A stretch of DNA of 64,000 bases from Albugo candida (Eukaryota): assembly GCA_040437565.1 (NCBI GenBank), contig JBDOQK010000024.1, positions 124,001-188,000 of the forward strand. Direction: 5' to 3'. A program made the position numbers and the translations under genes. The notes under the pieces are model-generated. The model saw only the letters and a list, made by a program, of their open reading frames with translations, searched no databases and was not told where the DNA came from. Positions 12,393-25,867 of the stretch are shown in pieces. Within the stretch, counting starts at the first letter, position 1; every line of letters begins with the position of its first letter.

Positions 12393-13898
12393 TTAAAGTA
12401 TATTTTTAAACGCCTGTCCTTTCAATGCAAGCTGCATCGGTCTTGCGAATCGTAGTGAATGGAATGCCCAAAGGCTAGAAGCAAAAATCAACGCGGCTCC
12501 ACTCTGGTGGACAAGTGCTAATGGTGGAGGAACAGCATTCACAAGCATCGTCACACCGAGTACGGCTTGGCCACCAACTGCAGCTATCATTGCTGTAAAC
12601 GCCATTCGTGTCTCCGGCGGAAGCTGAGTCCAACAGTTCGTCCTACGAGCTTTGACATACACAGCTGTATAAGCTGCCAACGAGGATATAGCGAGCACTC
12701 GATGCTTCAACTGGACAAGTGCTGGATTTTCGAAAAAATTGCGTATCGTCGGATGCAAAGCGAATATCTCGTCAGGAATCCACTTTTTGCCCATTTTTGG
12801 AAATGTATTGTATTCTTTTCCTGCATCGATTGCAGCGACCATTGTGCCGATACTTGCTGTCGCTGCAAATAAGCCCGTGGCACCCAACACATATTTTCGC
12901 AGGGGTGCAATCTCTTTCAACGTAGACGAAGAGAGACTTTCTCGATACATGACAGCTTGAGACATGGGGAACGTGACATTTAGCGCCGTCCACAAAACAA
13001 GCCCCAATTTGGCCATTGTAAACATTGTCTACACAATCTCATCAATGAAGCTATGGAGGCAGGTAGAAACGTACATACATGCTCTGTGAGTCCGAATGGA
13101 GGGACCCTACCTGTCGGTCGCTCATGACGACGACCGTGTTCTTCCTCGATCGATTTCTTGACATTGGATCGACCTAAGAACCACTGCGCGACACCAATGC
13201 TGACGATCAATGCCACTGGACGATGAAGGTGAGAAGGTATCTTCCCTTGGGCGTACAAATAACACAATGGGCCCACAAACACTGCCATTGATAAATGCCC
13301 CATGACTCGATGTAGATACTCCCCATTGTACATCCGCTTAAAGCTTTCCATTGTCTACAGAGATTGCGGTGATGATGAGAGAGCATCTGCATATAAATTG
13401 CCATGAAACTCACTAAAGGCCGATCGAGATTGTTTTCGAAAAAGTCTCTGTACACTTCAAACTCTTTCTGCCATTGAGATTCTGTATTCGGTCGAAAAAT
13501 ACTCCGTGGTTTGTAGTACAACATGGAGGCACCAGCTCTTGTGAATGGAGCGGTAGCCGCTACTGTCAACGAAGTGGCGAGTGCCGCTGCGGATCCATAC
13601 AGCCACCACTCTAATTGATGGGATTCCACACTTGTCTTTACATTGGACATCACTTTGCTCGTCATTGAGTAGCGCTGCTCACAAAGTACGCTCCGATAGA
13701 GCTCAATGCACAACGGATCAATATTGTACATACTTTTTGCAAGCTTGAACGTCGACAAAGATCGTGGTTTGCTGAGTTTTTGAGCGGCGAACGTAGCTAA
13801 AGATGTAGTATCACATCAATGAATGGAAGCGTATGGTCTGTCAGGATTCCTACTCGACACCGAACCAGGCTGGAGCTGGATTGCTGTAGTCGTAGCAT
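12393..13898 (-). CDS. COX15: Heme A synthase COX15/CtaA family, multi-exon
   Basis: Motifs ESFKRMYNGEYLHR, IDAGKEYNTFPKMGKKWIP, NFFENPALVQLKHR, LALVHQ. GT-AG introns at 13355..13413 and 13029..13078 join the ORFs in frame. The 5' exon from ATG 13898 is inferred and resembles a mitochondrial presequence. Confidence 0.85.
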
Positions 13899-14058
13899 TT
13901 CAGAATGTGTTGGTGACTGGAGAAGAAGTTTGGATACATGGCCAACTGGAGGACTTGACGTGAGAAAATAATGCGACAAGAATGTGACATGGAAAGATAG
14001 CAAAGAAGGGAGTTTGTGACGATACATTGGACTGAAGCTTAAGGTAAAGTATGCAATC

Positions 14059-15188
14059 TCAAAATAAAGAAGTGGGGGCCTTGGGTTCGTGCGGAACACT
14101 CTCCGATCTCATTCTGAGGTATAAATCCTATAACGTACAAAGTGTTGAGAAAATTAAAGCGTACAATAAAAAAATGACATACCCAAACGCGTTGACGCTT
14201 CTCTTTGTCTTGGAGGAGCTTGACGATGTCGGGAAGCAAATTCACGACCTCCCTCGAGAACGTTGTTTCCAGATACGAAATAAAGTCGGCTTCTTCACAG
14301 CGATTTTGACCGTAGTCTTTGCATTTGACTTTGAATTCTTCAGCGCCGGCTTCTCCTTTGATATTACCGATAGTTGTCAGTACACGATCGTACACGATTT
14401 GAATTTCTGCTCCAGTTGCTGGTGGCGGTACCCGGTCAACAAACGGGGACATTAGCTTTGTTTTGAGATTTTGCGTCATATTCTACAAAGTGATGCCGAT
14501 CGATACATGGTACACATATAAATCGCACATTAGAATCTCTTACCGAAGGAGGAATGCTGCAGGCCCGTGTTATAGCATCATAGAGCTGCGAGGCTGCTGT
14601 AGGCTGCTCGACTGCACCTGTAAGGATCTCGGTTGGGGAGATCTCCCTTCCATAAAACTTTTTGTTCAAATCGGAACGTGCTGCAATGGCGGAACCTTGG
14701 AGACCAACTCCACCAAATAAACCTTTGCTGTGGCTATAAGTGTAATTAGGAGAGATTCCAGATGCACTGAAATTCGCATTGGCACCTGCTGCTCGACCAT
14801 ACGGACCAGCAGCAAACTCCATATTAGCCCCAGCAGAGAATTGACCCTTTTGCATGAACGATTTGACTGCTGCTTCCGAGTTGAGAACAATCAGAAATTC
14901 GATCATTTGACCACCCATTTCCATACCAAAACCCATACCGACTGTCCCAATTGCGCTCGGCGCTGACCATCGACCGTCAGGAAGCTTGGCGATGACAACA
15001 CCGGTGCCAACTTTTCCCGTCCAAATAAAACCAGCTTTTAACACTGTTAAAAACGCTAAACCTTTGGCTTCGTGGATCAGATCGACGGGGATATGCTTAT
15101 CAGGTTCAACATTGGAATTGAACAGATGCTCCATTGTGTTTTCCGCCGCGCGAATAGCTCCTTCCATCGTGGTGATCGATTCCGTCAT
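14059..15188 (-). CDS. SYLF/Ysc84 (SH3YL1/Lsb3-like) domain protein with C-terminal helical domain, 3 exons
   Basis: SYLF motifs AKGLAFLTVLKAGF...GTGVVIAKLPDGRWSAPSAIG...AAGPYGR...YTYSHSKGLFGGVGLQGS. Intron about 14483..14528 and a second intron after QRVW; last exon ends at TGA 14059-14061. Confidence 0.85.
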
Positions 15189-15456
15189 CGCGCTGTCTTC
15201 GAAAGTTATTCTTTTGCAATGTACGGTGCAGATAGTGTCTACTATAATATAATTTTATACTATATGATTGATTTTATAATTATAANNNNNNNNNNNNNNN
15301 NNNNNNNNNNNNNNNNNNNNNNNNNNNNNNNNNNNNNNNNNNNNNNNNNNNNNNNNNNNNNNNNNNNNNNNNNNNNNNNNNNNNNCTATATGATTGATTT
15401 TATAATTATAATTGTAAAGTTGCATAAAAATGCCACAAAATTGTATGATCTCACTA

Positions 15457-18400
15457 CTACTCGGAAGCTGCTCGAGCGATTTGACTTTTCGATGAAGCAT
15501 GCGAGTGACATTCAATGCGTTGACATGAATAGCACCGTGTGTGGCTCCACTTGAACGTTTCCAAGTCCTCTATAATGTGCGGGATAGCGTGTGCTGGCAC
15601 AAGCGATTCCAACGGTACAATTCGTTGCGCATTTCTACCGACCACATGCACGCGCAATTTCCGAATTCCAACGATTGAATTATGATCGAAAAACCACATG
15701 CGATATCGTTCCAACAAACCGAAAATCGTACAGTTGCCAATAGCTCTGGCGACTCGATATCGAAAGCTAAAATCGTACCGTTTGTTACTAATTTCTTCCC
15801 AATACTGAAAACTCTTCTCTTCAATTGTCTCATCGTCGTGTCTCAATTTCTGAGAAAGCATCAAACACTCGGATTCGAATTGTTGCGAATTGAATTGTGA
15901 AAGAATTTGATAAAATGTCTTTTGGACAAACTCATCGATGCAAGTGGCAATCTCTCCAGAGGCAAAGGTGGATGACTGCACCAGAATACTGAATCCCAAT
16001 ATTCCATGCGTGTCGCGAACACTACAGCATACCTCATACCCAAGCTGTTTTCTCGTTCGAAGCTCATGGAAAAGAGGTTCTTTCATCAGTTGATGGAGAA
16101 GCTCAGCATACGCAGTCTCCTGTGGTGATCCGGATCCAGGACAATTATCCTCATTGGATAAAGTCAGCTGATAGTACAGTTCGACAGCGTTGTTGGATTC
16201 ATCGTCAGTATCACTGAATTCTCGAACCATCCAGCCATTATGTGTGAGCGGTAATTCGGTGGCATGAAGTCGCTTGGGCGTCGGCGGGAATTGCTGCTTC
16301 GGGATCGATGTGACATCCATGAGCTTGGATTCCACGATTTGAACACTTTTGACCGCCCAAGCATCAGTTGTATTCCCGTGGATCAGTACACGTAGAACGG
16401 TCGAGTCGTGACAGAATACGCGTTCTGGAAAGGATAATAAATCTGCCAGTGTTAGAGACGATAGACTCGCGATCAATGATTCTACCGTGAAGTTGGTGCG
16501 TTCAAGGAGCTGAAGACGCAGATAACGAGCTTTGGAAGACGGGACGATCAATCGATCCTGATAATCCCTATGCAATTTTTCATAGAGCATTGCATAAGTA
16601 TCCTCGGACAACGATGGTAATCGCAGAAGAGAATCGAAGACATGATGTATCAGACTTTCCATGGAAGTGGAGTCGTTGTAGCCTTGAATGATAACGTGAA
16701 TGTCATGATCGACCAAGTCAATCTCCACTTCATAGCCTGCCATATTTGCTTGATAGTGCATCGATGCAAGCTTGTTATTCACAGCTTCAAGGTATAATTC
16801 TGCCAATACAGAATTCTCCGATGAAAGCGCGAGCATTGGGGAATGAATGGCGTAGAAAATCTTGATTCTTGGAGTTTTCTTGATCTCACTTGATTTGAAC
16901 CAGAGTTTTGTGCAGCCGCTGGTGTAAATCAATTCAGGATATTGTGTCGAGGTAAGATTGTCATTTTCTATGGATGAAGCCGTGGTCAAGAGCAGATGTC
17001 GTGGAATATATGGATTGGGTACTGGAAGACAGAATTGATCCGAGATGTCTTCTTTGCAAGCATGGAATGATGCGATGACAATTGATGTAATCTCGGAGAG
17101 AGAATACTTGACTTGAAACCAGCGTTCCTAGAATGAAGTGATGACTTAATACTTGATAGTGGCGTCATACAGCAAAGCGGCTATTAGGCTTACCTTTTGT
17201 GATCGCTCCTCCCAAGTCGGGTCATCCTGGAAGGATTGAGACAATAGTACGATGCGAGTATTCTCGGGCGTCATATATTGTAGCAGCGCTTCAATATCCT
17301 TCATCTCAAAAGCTTCATGGAAAAATTTCCAGCGTAGCAAATCCTCCTCCAATATGCGGAAACGTGGAAGCATCAATTGGCTCAATTGGCGACAGACTTG
17401 CGTTGATTCTTCTTCCTGATGAATATGGAAATTGATATCGGCCATTTGCTTCATTTCATCAGCAATCCATTGATGGAATCCCGTGCGGCTTACACAACTG
17501 TGCAGACATTCAAAGATAAGCCGGGTTATGATCTCCCAAGCATCAATTCCGGCATGTGTTAGCGATATGCGAATATCAAAAATGGAACCAAAGGATCCAA
17601 ATTCGTATCCATCGGACTCATCGATGCCAGCGCTGAGAGATGTAGCGAAGCCTCTGAGTTTTAAAATACTTGTCAGCGATCCGGGACCTTCATGTTCCAG
17701 TATATGAGCGATATACTTCCAGGGTCTCATTCGGTAAGCTTCGAATAAGCAAGGTAATTGCCAGTACAAATGCATTATGTGAATATTCTTCCTGGGGATC
17801 ACTTGGATAAGCGTTGGTTTTTGACGTGCAAGGATGCCAAACGGAGGGTTTTGGATTGCCAAAGAAGTTTGTGGATCATCGATCGACTCGCAGAGGCTGT
17901 TGATACCAGAAAAATAGCTGCATACCCAGTCCTCCATGTCTTGCAAGTCGCTACTTCCTCGAACACATAACTTCAGATTCTTTGCTACATAATGTGTTTT
18001 GAAGAATTGTATCATGACATCGCGTAAGGAAACACCCATTGACGATGGAATCACATCAAGACTTTCCTTATTTCCCCATCCAAATGTTCGATAGCGATGA
18101 CCTTCAGCACAAGTCTCCGCCTGAACCTGCTGAAGACGAGCTGTATCTCGCTGCATAGCAAGCGAGCATTCCGCTTGAATGACTTCCAATTCACGTCTCA
18201 TAGCCTCTTCATCAAACATTGGGGAAATAAAGCACTGAGAAAACATCTCCAGTGATTTTTCAAGGTGGCTATTTTCAACAGTGTAATAGAGCTGAGTTGT
18301 CTCACAGTCCGTGGACCCATTACTCGATCCGCCATGGCTACTCAGAAATGCTTCCAACGCGTTTTCTTCGGGATACGACAATGTACCTGTCACAAAAAGT

Positions 18401-18678
18401 TTAGCATGTTACAAGACCATCCATTGTGACGCATACAGTCAAAACCCACCCATAAACAGCATGTGCTCCAGATAATGCGCGAGTCCTGGGAAGTCGATAG
18501 GGTCTGAATAGCTTCCGACACCAACGCTCATACACACAGCGGATGTTTTGGCTATTGAGGGTCCAGATTGGTCATACGACGGGGACTGGATGAGCAGCGC
18601 TTGCAGTCCATTTTCTAGCACAATTTTGCGATAGTGATTTCGATCATTTCGCGAACGAAATGCATCCAAACACGACAT
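15457..18678 (-). CDS. M16A metallopeptidase (insulin-degrading enzyme/nardilysin-like), multi-exon
   Basis: Inverted zinc motif GLAHYLEHMLFMG, FGWGNKESL, HEGPGSL, EPLFHELRTRKQLGYEV. Three ORFs joined by short introns. Confidence 0.92.
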
Positions 18679-18872
18679 TCGATTATACAGCTTTTAGAGA
18701 AATGTGAAAAATTGACTTTTTCGTTTGTCGTAAGTGCATACGGACGCAGAAAAGAGTGCGAGAACATCTGCGGCATTAGAAGCTTCCTAGCATCTTAGAC
18801 GTTATTTGATTGGTAGAATGTGGTAAAGACGATGACCAATCACATGACATTATATTATACTGGAAGAAAGTA

Positions 18873-19910
18873 TCACTCTGTATATGTGGCGAGCACAGCA
18901 CCTGCGGCAGCGCTAGTAGCCCTCATTGTGGTGGTAAATGCGGTTTTCGCGGCCATGATGGCTGGCCAACTGAATGCCATGGCGACTTTTGTGTAAGGAC
19001 GTGCAATTTCTCGACAGGATTTCCCAAGCGGTGTGTTTCCAAAGAATTCCAAAGGAGAAGCGATGAGATTGACGTACACGCGATCGAAAATACTTGTCCG
19101 ATGTGCCACAAAAATGTTATTGCGGTGAACCCGAAGATGTCCTTCATATCCAGATATGGTTTTGTAGCTGCAATAAAGGTGATTGCCACTCATCTTCTCA
19201 ACGAAGAGTTCCAAATCTTCCATTGGGGGCAGAATGGAAGATGGATAAATGCCGAATCCTTCCCAACGCAACACATCCCCGGTCAATGGTTCCATCCCGA
19301 ATGGTTCATATTGAAGTACCAATCGAATCTCTCCCAGCCTAATCTGTTTCTCCATCGATCCTGTAGAATGCGAGCGTGCATGGGTCAAGCTCAGTTCCTG
19401 GTGAGGGTGTTGGACCCGGCGTAGGCTTTCAGTGGCAGGAAGGGCACCGCCCAATGTGAACCAGCGATCCATTACCTCTTCATATCCCTCCAAAAGAGAA
19501 GTAATATCAACAGATGCGGTACCGATCAGTGATCCATTGGTTATTCCTACACATTCTGTCGCTCTTCCTGTAAAGGAGTCTTCACTCATCACATCGATAA
19601 TTAGTTCCAATCGGACGTTTGAGTGCTCTTCAATTGGACCATTTTTCTTGTTTATTTTCTTGATGGCAAACTTGTGCATTTCGCGTCTCCATGTTGGGTT
19701 GTTGTTTTCCCGTATGGTTGTGCTTCGTTCCCAGTCGTTACCGATCCTGAATATTACGTACGGGTTACAGGTTCGTTTCCAAAACATAGAAGCGGGATCA
19801 ACGAGATTCTTGGCTTCAAGCAAGCGGATACTTAGATGGCCAGCCACTCCATCCTGATGATCCACATGCTTCTCGTACAAAAACGGCTCAAGATGCAACT
19901 GCTTTTGCAT
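18873..19910 (-). CDS. C2-domain protein with an unnamed downstream domain
   Basis: 345-aa ORF; C2 strands GHLSIRLLEAKNL, NPYVIFRIG, NNPTW, IGTASVDITSL, GEIRLVLQY. Confidence 0.85.
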   Translation of the reverse strand: MQKQLHLEPFLYEKHVDHQDGVAGHLSIRLLEAKNLVDPASMFWKRTCNPYVIFRIGNDWERSTTIRENNNPTWRREMHKFAIKKINKKNGPIEEHSNVRLELIIDVMSEDSFTGRATECVGITNGSLIGTASVDITSLLEGYEEVMDRWFTLGGALPATESLRRVQHPHQELSLTHARSHSTGSMEKQIRLGEIRLVLQYEPFGMEPLTGDVLRWEGFGIYPSSILPPMEDLELFVEKMSGNHLYCSYKTISGYEGHLRVHRNNIFVAHRTSIFDRVYVNLIASPLEFFGNTPLGKSCREIARPYTKVAMAFSWPAIMAAKTAFTTTMRATSAAAGAVLATYTE

Positions 19911-20262
19911 GTTCTCACTGTGAAGAAAAGCTTGATTTTGACCAATCCGATCAACTTAGAAGGGTGAATGGTCAATTTAAAAGATTTAAAAAAAAGTGAT
20001 TGGTCAATATTGTCCATGTGAATGTTCAACAAGAAATCAAGTTGAAAAGTAGCACATTTCATCCAAGTCGATGAGCTTACAGGTATCTCTGCTGCGCACG
20101 TTGTCGTATAGGGATCGGCGTGAGGGTACAGATGCTTATATCGATTCGTATTACTTTTGCACTTTGTAGATTATAACGGAAGTTTTATCAAAATGAACGC
20201 TTTTGACTTCTTACCCGCCAACTTTGACGTGTACAATTGTGTTGGAATGCAAATGGTATCTT

Positions 20263-21253
20263 CTAGTCACATGGAAATGCTTTGGCCAGAAATCTTGTGA
20301 TGATCGACCGATCAGAAGCATCCAAACCAATATTTTTCAACTCCCGAGAGAATGCCGGAACTGTACTGATGCCATTTTGAATGAGGTTCAGCCCCAATGT
20401 CGCGTATAAAATAACCGTTTTGCTCTCAAAAGAAAAAAAAGCATCCCGACACGCTGGCGCACACATGGGGAAACATTCTTGCCACATTTGCCTACGAACT
20501 TGTTGACTGGAGGCATTATTGGCACTCATTAAACGCTTGTTCAAATTTGATTCGCTTTCCTTAGCGCACGTTTCTTTCTCTTCGCTTTTCTTCTCTGCTT
20601 CATCAGGGATCTTCCCGCGCTTCAAATCCAGTATTGCGTGAGATAGTGACCCAGAATTAGAAAAAATGACTACCGTTTGAATGACCGAAGTATTAGACTT
20701 TCGTGGGGTAGCCACCTACAAATTCCTATGAGCTTGCTATTTCGACGCAAAGTCGCTCGCGTACGCTCAGATCTTTATCCAGGTACATCTGATAAGCTTC
20801 CACTGTGGACAAATGGAGATGATAGCGCGTAGCTCTTGGGTCATTCTAAGGTCATCGAACAAACCAACATTTTGAAAAATGCGCCTTTTATACTGCACAT
20901 ACCTGAACGGCACGAGTATCCGATTTCACCGATAATAGCCATTCTTTCTGTAAAACTCTCTCCAAAATTCTCTGTGCTTTATTGGTTGGCAAGATTGGCG
21001 AGCTACTTGACTGTAACGAGTCAGCACTCAATTCTGCAGCTTTTTTTCCAAAAAAGCATTCATCAAAATGCTCAGATCCTTCAGATTCTAGCCAAAGTAA
21101 AAGTTCTTTCTTCTGCACAAACTCTTCGCCTGTTCCTTGCCCGGTTTCAACGAGCCCTGCGTGCTCCAGCAGCACAATGAATTCGTCTTCGGTAATCATT
21201 GCATTGAAAAAAAGTATAAGCGAATCAGAACCACCGCTTGAAGCAATAATCAA
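20263..21253 (-). CDS. Hypothetical multi-exon protein
   Basis: Two same-strand ORFs (20888..21253, 20263..20715) with protein-like composition, separated by intron-like stretches. No family recognised. Confidence 0.45.
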
Positions 21254-22372
21254 TCGGATTGGTGCGTTTGATGTTCACATAATCACTTGACTCGCACATT
21301 GCCACGTGTGTTCTTGGACGACGGCTCAAACTCTAGTAATTCTCATCCGGAAAAGAAATCATGCGGGGAGATGTGTGACGCTTGTGAAGCTTCTCTTTAG
21401 TCGCAGGGTGTCGTGATTAGCCTTGTGCAACGCTCGCAGAAGTAACAGATCGCCATCGCCAACACAAGAATATAACAAATGCGGTTATTCAATGATAGTG
21501 AAAAGAAAATGCTGTCGTACAGGCATGAATAAACGGTAAAGTAAAGCTAAATCTGGACATGTCTTTTTCATCTTCTGAGTTAAAGTTTTCACAGAGATCT
21601 TGTAGGTAGAAAATAGAGGCATAATATTATGGACTCTGGATCGCTGATTTATGATTAAGTGGTGACCAATACCCTGGGTATCTCTGCGAGTGCAAAGGAT
21701 CGCATTATTGATTCATAAACCGAAAGCCTTTGTGAAGCCAATCTTGTTATTTGCATTTGAGGCACTCATCAAAGCGCGTATAGCGAATTAGAGGGCTGTT
21801 AAACGATATTTCACAGAAGAAATCAGAACAGCGTCCAGGTTTAAAGTTCTGTCCAGAAACTCCGGTTCTCGTAGTAATGTATCGCTCCACAATTTTAGAT
21901 TTGATCTCGCCATCGCAATTTATAGGCTGTCAAGAGCGGGCTTTATCACTAGTGTATTATCCGCATCTATGCCACAAAGAAATGAAGCTAATCTTTTGAC
22001 TCTGCTTCTAATGCAGTAATTATAAACTCATTTTCAGCTCGCTGATGTTTTTTATCGACGAAAAAGAAACGTAATCTTATCATATAGTTTGCTTTCCACA
22101 TCTCCATCCCTTGAATTGAAGACCATAACTTAAATAACGCTGTCGCATCGTAATATGCAAACAGAGTTATCTTCACATTGCTCATATATACGTGAGAACG
22201 TGTCACATCATCATCTAAATTGCGCACTTCAGCTGCCGTAAGCTCGTTTTACTCGCTCCAGTACTTTCTTTTCACACCTAAGAGATACAGTCTCCGAATG
22301 CTGACGTCCCACCCTTTGCAGAATAATCGTGTACTTCGATACTAACGTGATCACTTTTAATTATTCGACCCG

Positions 22373-23391
22373 ATGAAAACTCCGTTCTCACAAATGTGCT
22401 TGCTTCCCGTTTTCTGCTCATCAATTTTTGGTAAGCATTTCAAAATTGCGCGCAATGCCCCATATCCTACACTAGGAGTCGCAGTGATAAAGGGTTATAA
22501 GGACCTTACGATACCGAACGCAATATGGTTTGAAGTAAAGCCTGACCGCTCAAAAAAAAAGAAGAAGAGCAGTTGAATCCTGAATGGGAAAAATTCTACA
22601 TTTCAGGTTATCTTAACCAGGAACTCGACCAGCATCTCGAACATAAATGGACGCCATTTACACTTCAGCTGGAAACTCCCACGCCCGACATATCGGGTTT
22701 TAAAATGTCGTTTCTTTCAGGGTATAAGAGTGACATCGAGGTAGTTTTTTCGATAAAAGTTATCGCTGCAGTTCTGCGAAACCATATGAAAGAGACGCTC
22801 TGTTTGAAATGGATAAACGTGGATGATATAGCGCTGTTCCTTTCAGACGATGATGTGGAAAATACAAAGGAGAAGCCAGTGCATTATCACAAAAATAACG
22901 TGGGAAAGGAGCCAAGCACAACGAAGTTGGACGATGTGCTTGGTCCTATACAGGCTACCGTCAAATTTTGGGATAAATTCTTGCCTGGTCAAAACGTGCG
23001 CTTTGATTATGCGGTGGTGGCAAGCATTGTTCCGAAAAAAGTATATGACAAAATTATGAGGTGTTTGTCTCAGACGCCTGAGGATGATAGAACCTACAAG
23101 TGTAAACATTTGAGATGCATGCAACCAATTGGATTTACATTTAATGGCAACGATGAAGAGACACACATCTTCTTAGCCTCGGATTATGTGGTACCGGTAC
23201 CCGGCTATCCCGACAGTTGCTTCATATCTCTCACATACGATGAAGCTATGCCTCAGAATCAATGGACCATTGGTATCTTATTTGCAAGAAATCACCCTAC
23301 CAGGTACAAGATCTCAGAGGAGAAAAGCGGGGGGAAAATTCTTCAATTTGGATTCGCCAAAACCCAAGATACCACAAAAAAAAAGAAATAG
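22373..23391 (+). CDS. Divergent family P member P4: secreted pepsin-fold protein, frameshifted at an A9 run
   Basis: Signal-like MKTPFSQMCLLPVFCSSIFG. C-lobe pattern RFDYAVVASIVPKKVYDKI...YKCKHL..MQPIGFTF...FLASDYVV...CFISL...WTIGILFARNH...FGFAK. One extra A in 22552-22560 would fuse ORFs 22373..22576 and 22573..23391. Confidence 0.75.
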
Positions 23392-25017
23392 ATCGAACTC
23401 ATTTACATAGAAGAACGTAGCCAAATAAAACATCACGATCAGTTCCCTTCTGTTTTTCTTTCATCTATCTATGATCCTACCCTTCCTGGCTCTCGAGGTG
23501 AATGCGTCTCAGCTGCCAGACTCATTGTTTGCTCAGTTGAACCTTTCTATCACAAAGGCAAATTGATTTGAAGGTAATGACGCCACGTTGTGATTTGTCT
23601 GGTGCATGTTCAAATTTGAGATGACAAATATTGAAGCAGATGCTGACTGATGCTGAACAGATTTTGGAGACGATGAAGCGCTGTGAGGAAAATCATTGCG
23701 CAGCTGGTCCAAATCACCAACTTCGACGGAACATTTGAGTGCTGTGTGGGCGTTCCGCGTATACCACTGGCTCACACGTTCCAAGAGAAAGCAGCCCACC
23801 AGATGATATGGTTGATAATCCACCTGTTGTATCAGCAGTTTACAGGAAGTACCATTTTACTCTCCACCATTATGGCATTTTCGATAGTTCGAGTCTTCCT
23901 ACGTCATCGTTGGACGATGTAACCACAGACGCAACTATTTTAGCGGAAGAATGTAACGTTGAAAAAGATAACAACCAATCCGACTCAACGATATTGAAGA
24001 ACAACTACTTGGGTGTGCTTAATATGACCTACACCTGCTGCTGTACCGATCCAATTACACTGACTTTTGTGAATGCCTAGGCTATCTGGTAGAAATAGAT
24101 ATGCACCGAGTTGACAATATGCCTTCGAAGCTGCTTCTACACACCCCACCATAATACCGGACCGTGTCCAGCTTGTAATAAAGAAGTAATTGCAAAAGTA
24201 ATGTGCTTCCCAACTTGGTGGCTACCACACTAGACAGAACATAGCCATCCAAGTAGGACTAGGATCGGAGTTGCACTTGCACTTCTACTTTGTCGGTGCC
24301 ATACCAACAGCAATGATCGTCGACTCCTGAAAAAGAAACGCCGATATCCTTACATTGAATACATCTCCTTTACAAGCTAAATGCACTCGTGCTGATCGGA
24401 ACGGAGCCTTCGAAAGTACTGAACGTGCGCACCAAACGTTATATATCACGGTTGTTGCTGGACTTTCGGAGGTGCCGATCGCCGATAAAACAGAAGTCAA
24501 TTCTGATAGTTCCAGAAGAACTGCAGCGTCACTCCTTGTACTACAAGCCATAATTACTAAACCTCTTTTTTTCTCGTCCGTATCGACGGCACAATAGCAC
24601 AAGCAAAATGTGTACGACGCGGTCGGGACGAAACCAAATCACAATTCAGGAGCGGCTTAACGGCCAGACGCTGGGAAGAGGGAGATGAAGAGTAGTGATA
24701 TCGTATTACCTATTGATTATACGTGCCGAACGACGGCAACTTGCCTCCATGAAGGCACTAATGTTAGCCAATATGCACTTATTCTTCATTTACTTCGCAT
24801 TAGACGTGAAAATTTGCTATGGTAAACTGATTTTCCAGAAGCCCAGAAGTATGAGGTATAAAAGTGAGTTTACTTGCGGAATTGATCGAAAAAAAGCTCG
24901 AAGAGTTCTGGATGCTGTCGACTGGAATAAGGAAGGATGTTGATCACAAAAGTTGGGCTGCATTGAGCAATTGTGCGCCAGTATACATTTGCAGCATACA
25001 ATTAACCAGCCTGATAG

Positions 25018-25867
25018 GTGCACATTCGGAGAACAATTCATGATGCATTCATTTTACATGATAATTTGAATGGAATGATACACCATCGCCGAGGCACTCG
25101 CCGCCCAACAAAACGGGCATCTCGATATGAAAAAAATCGTATCGACAACACAACTAGTACTACTTGGTCGCAAGAAAATCAGGAGCAAAAAGTGAGAGAC
25201 TTTGAACGCTGTCACTGCTTTGTAATCAAATCTTTTAGCGAGACCAATCTTCACAAAAGCTTGAAATACGGTATATGGACGAGTACCTTCGTACACAATC
25301 GATTTTTAGATCAAATCTATCGAGACGAATTGATTTCATCGTCACCCTGTCCGATTCTATTTTTCTTTAGGTTGTCTATTTCATTGTTTCGTGCTATGAG
25401 GCGTACTGATGGAAGAATTTGTAGCGTGTGTAAATCCCGCCACTTTAATGGGATAGCAAGGATGTCATCGCCTCTTGTAAAAGATCGAAAGTTTCTGCTT
25501 TGGGATAAGCAAAAGTATGGCTCGTTCTTCTCTGTGGAATGGCTTGTGGTCAAAGATGTGCCGAATTATATACTCAAAAATATCAAATGGAATCATTTTG
25601 CAGTCACAAATTCGCTCGTTTCGTCTCGCGATTGCGAAAAAATACCCAGCAAAGAGGTAATGCAATGAAAAATACATAGTGAAGGCGTATTTTCTTCACA
25701 TTGGCCTATAGGCGTTTGAAGCCATCTCAGTCTTTTGCGATTATCAAAGTACAACAAGCGCTTGGGACGACTTTCAGTATTTTGATCGAGAGCAAAAAGA
25801 GCTAGAAGAAAAGCGGGGCATCGATGCTGAGACTGACTCGCCATTCACCCAGGTTGAATCCGAATAA
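25018..25867 (+). CDS. YTH-domain (m6A reader) protein; 5' end uncertain
   Basis: FVIKSFSETNLHKSLKYGIWTST, HFNGIARMSS, FSVEWLVVKDVPN, SRDCEKI. In-frame intron about 25371..25424; last exon TTSAWDDFQYFD ends at TAA 25865-25867. Confidence 0.88.

Noticed and set aside
23500-24950. Several short ORFs on both strands, including Cys-rich fragments
   Set aside because: No consistent strand, splice model or recognisable domain; may hide a gene but I cannot support one.
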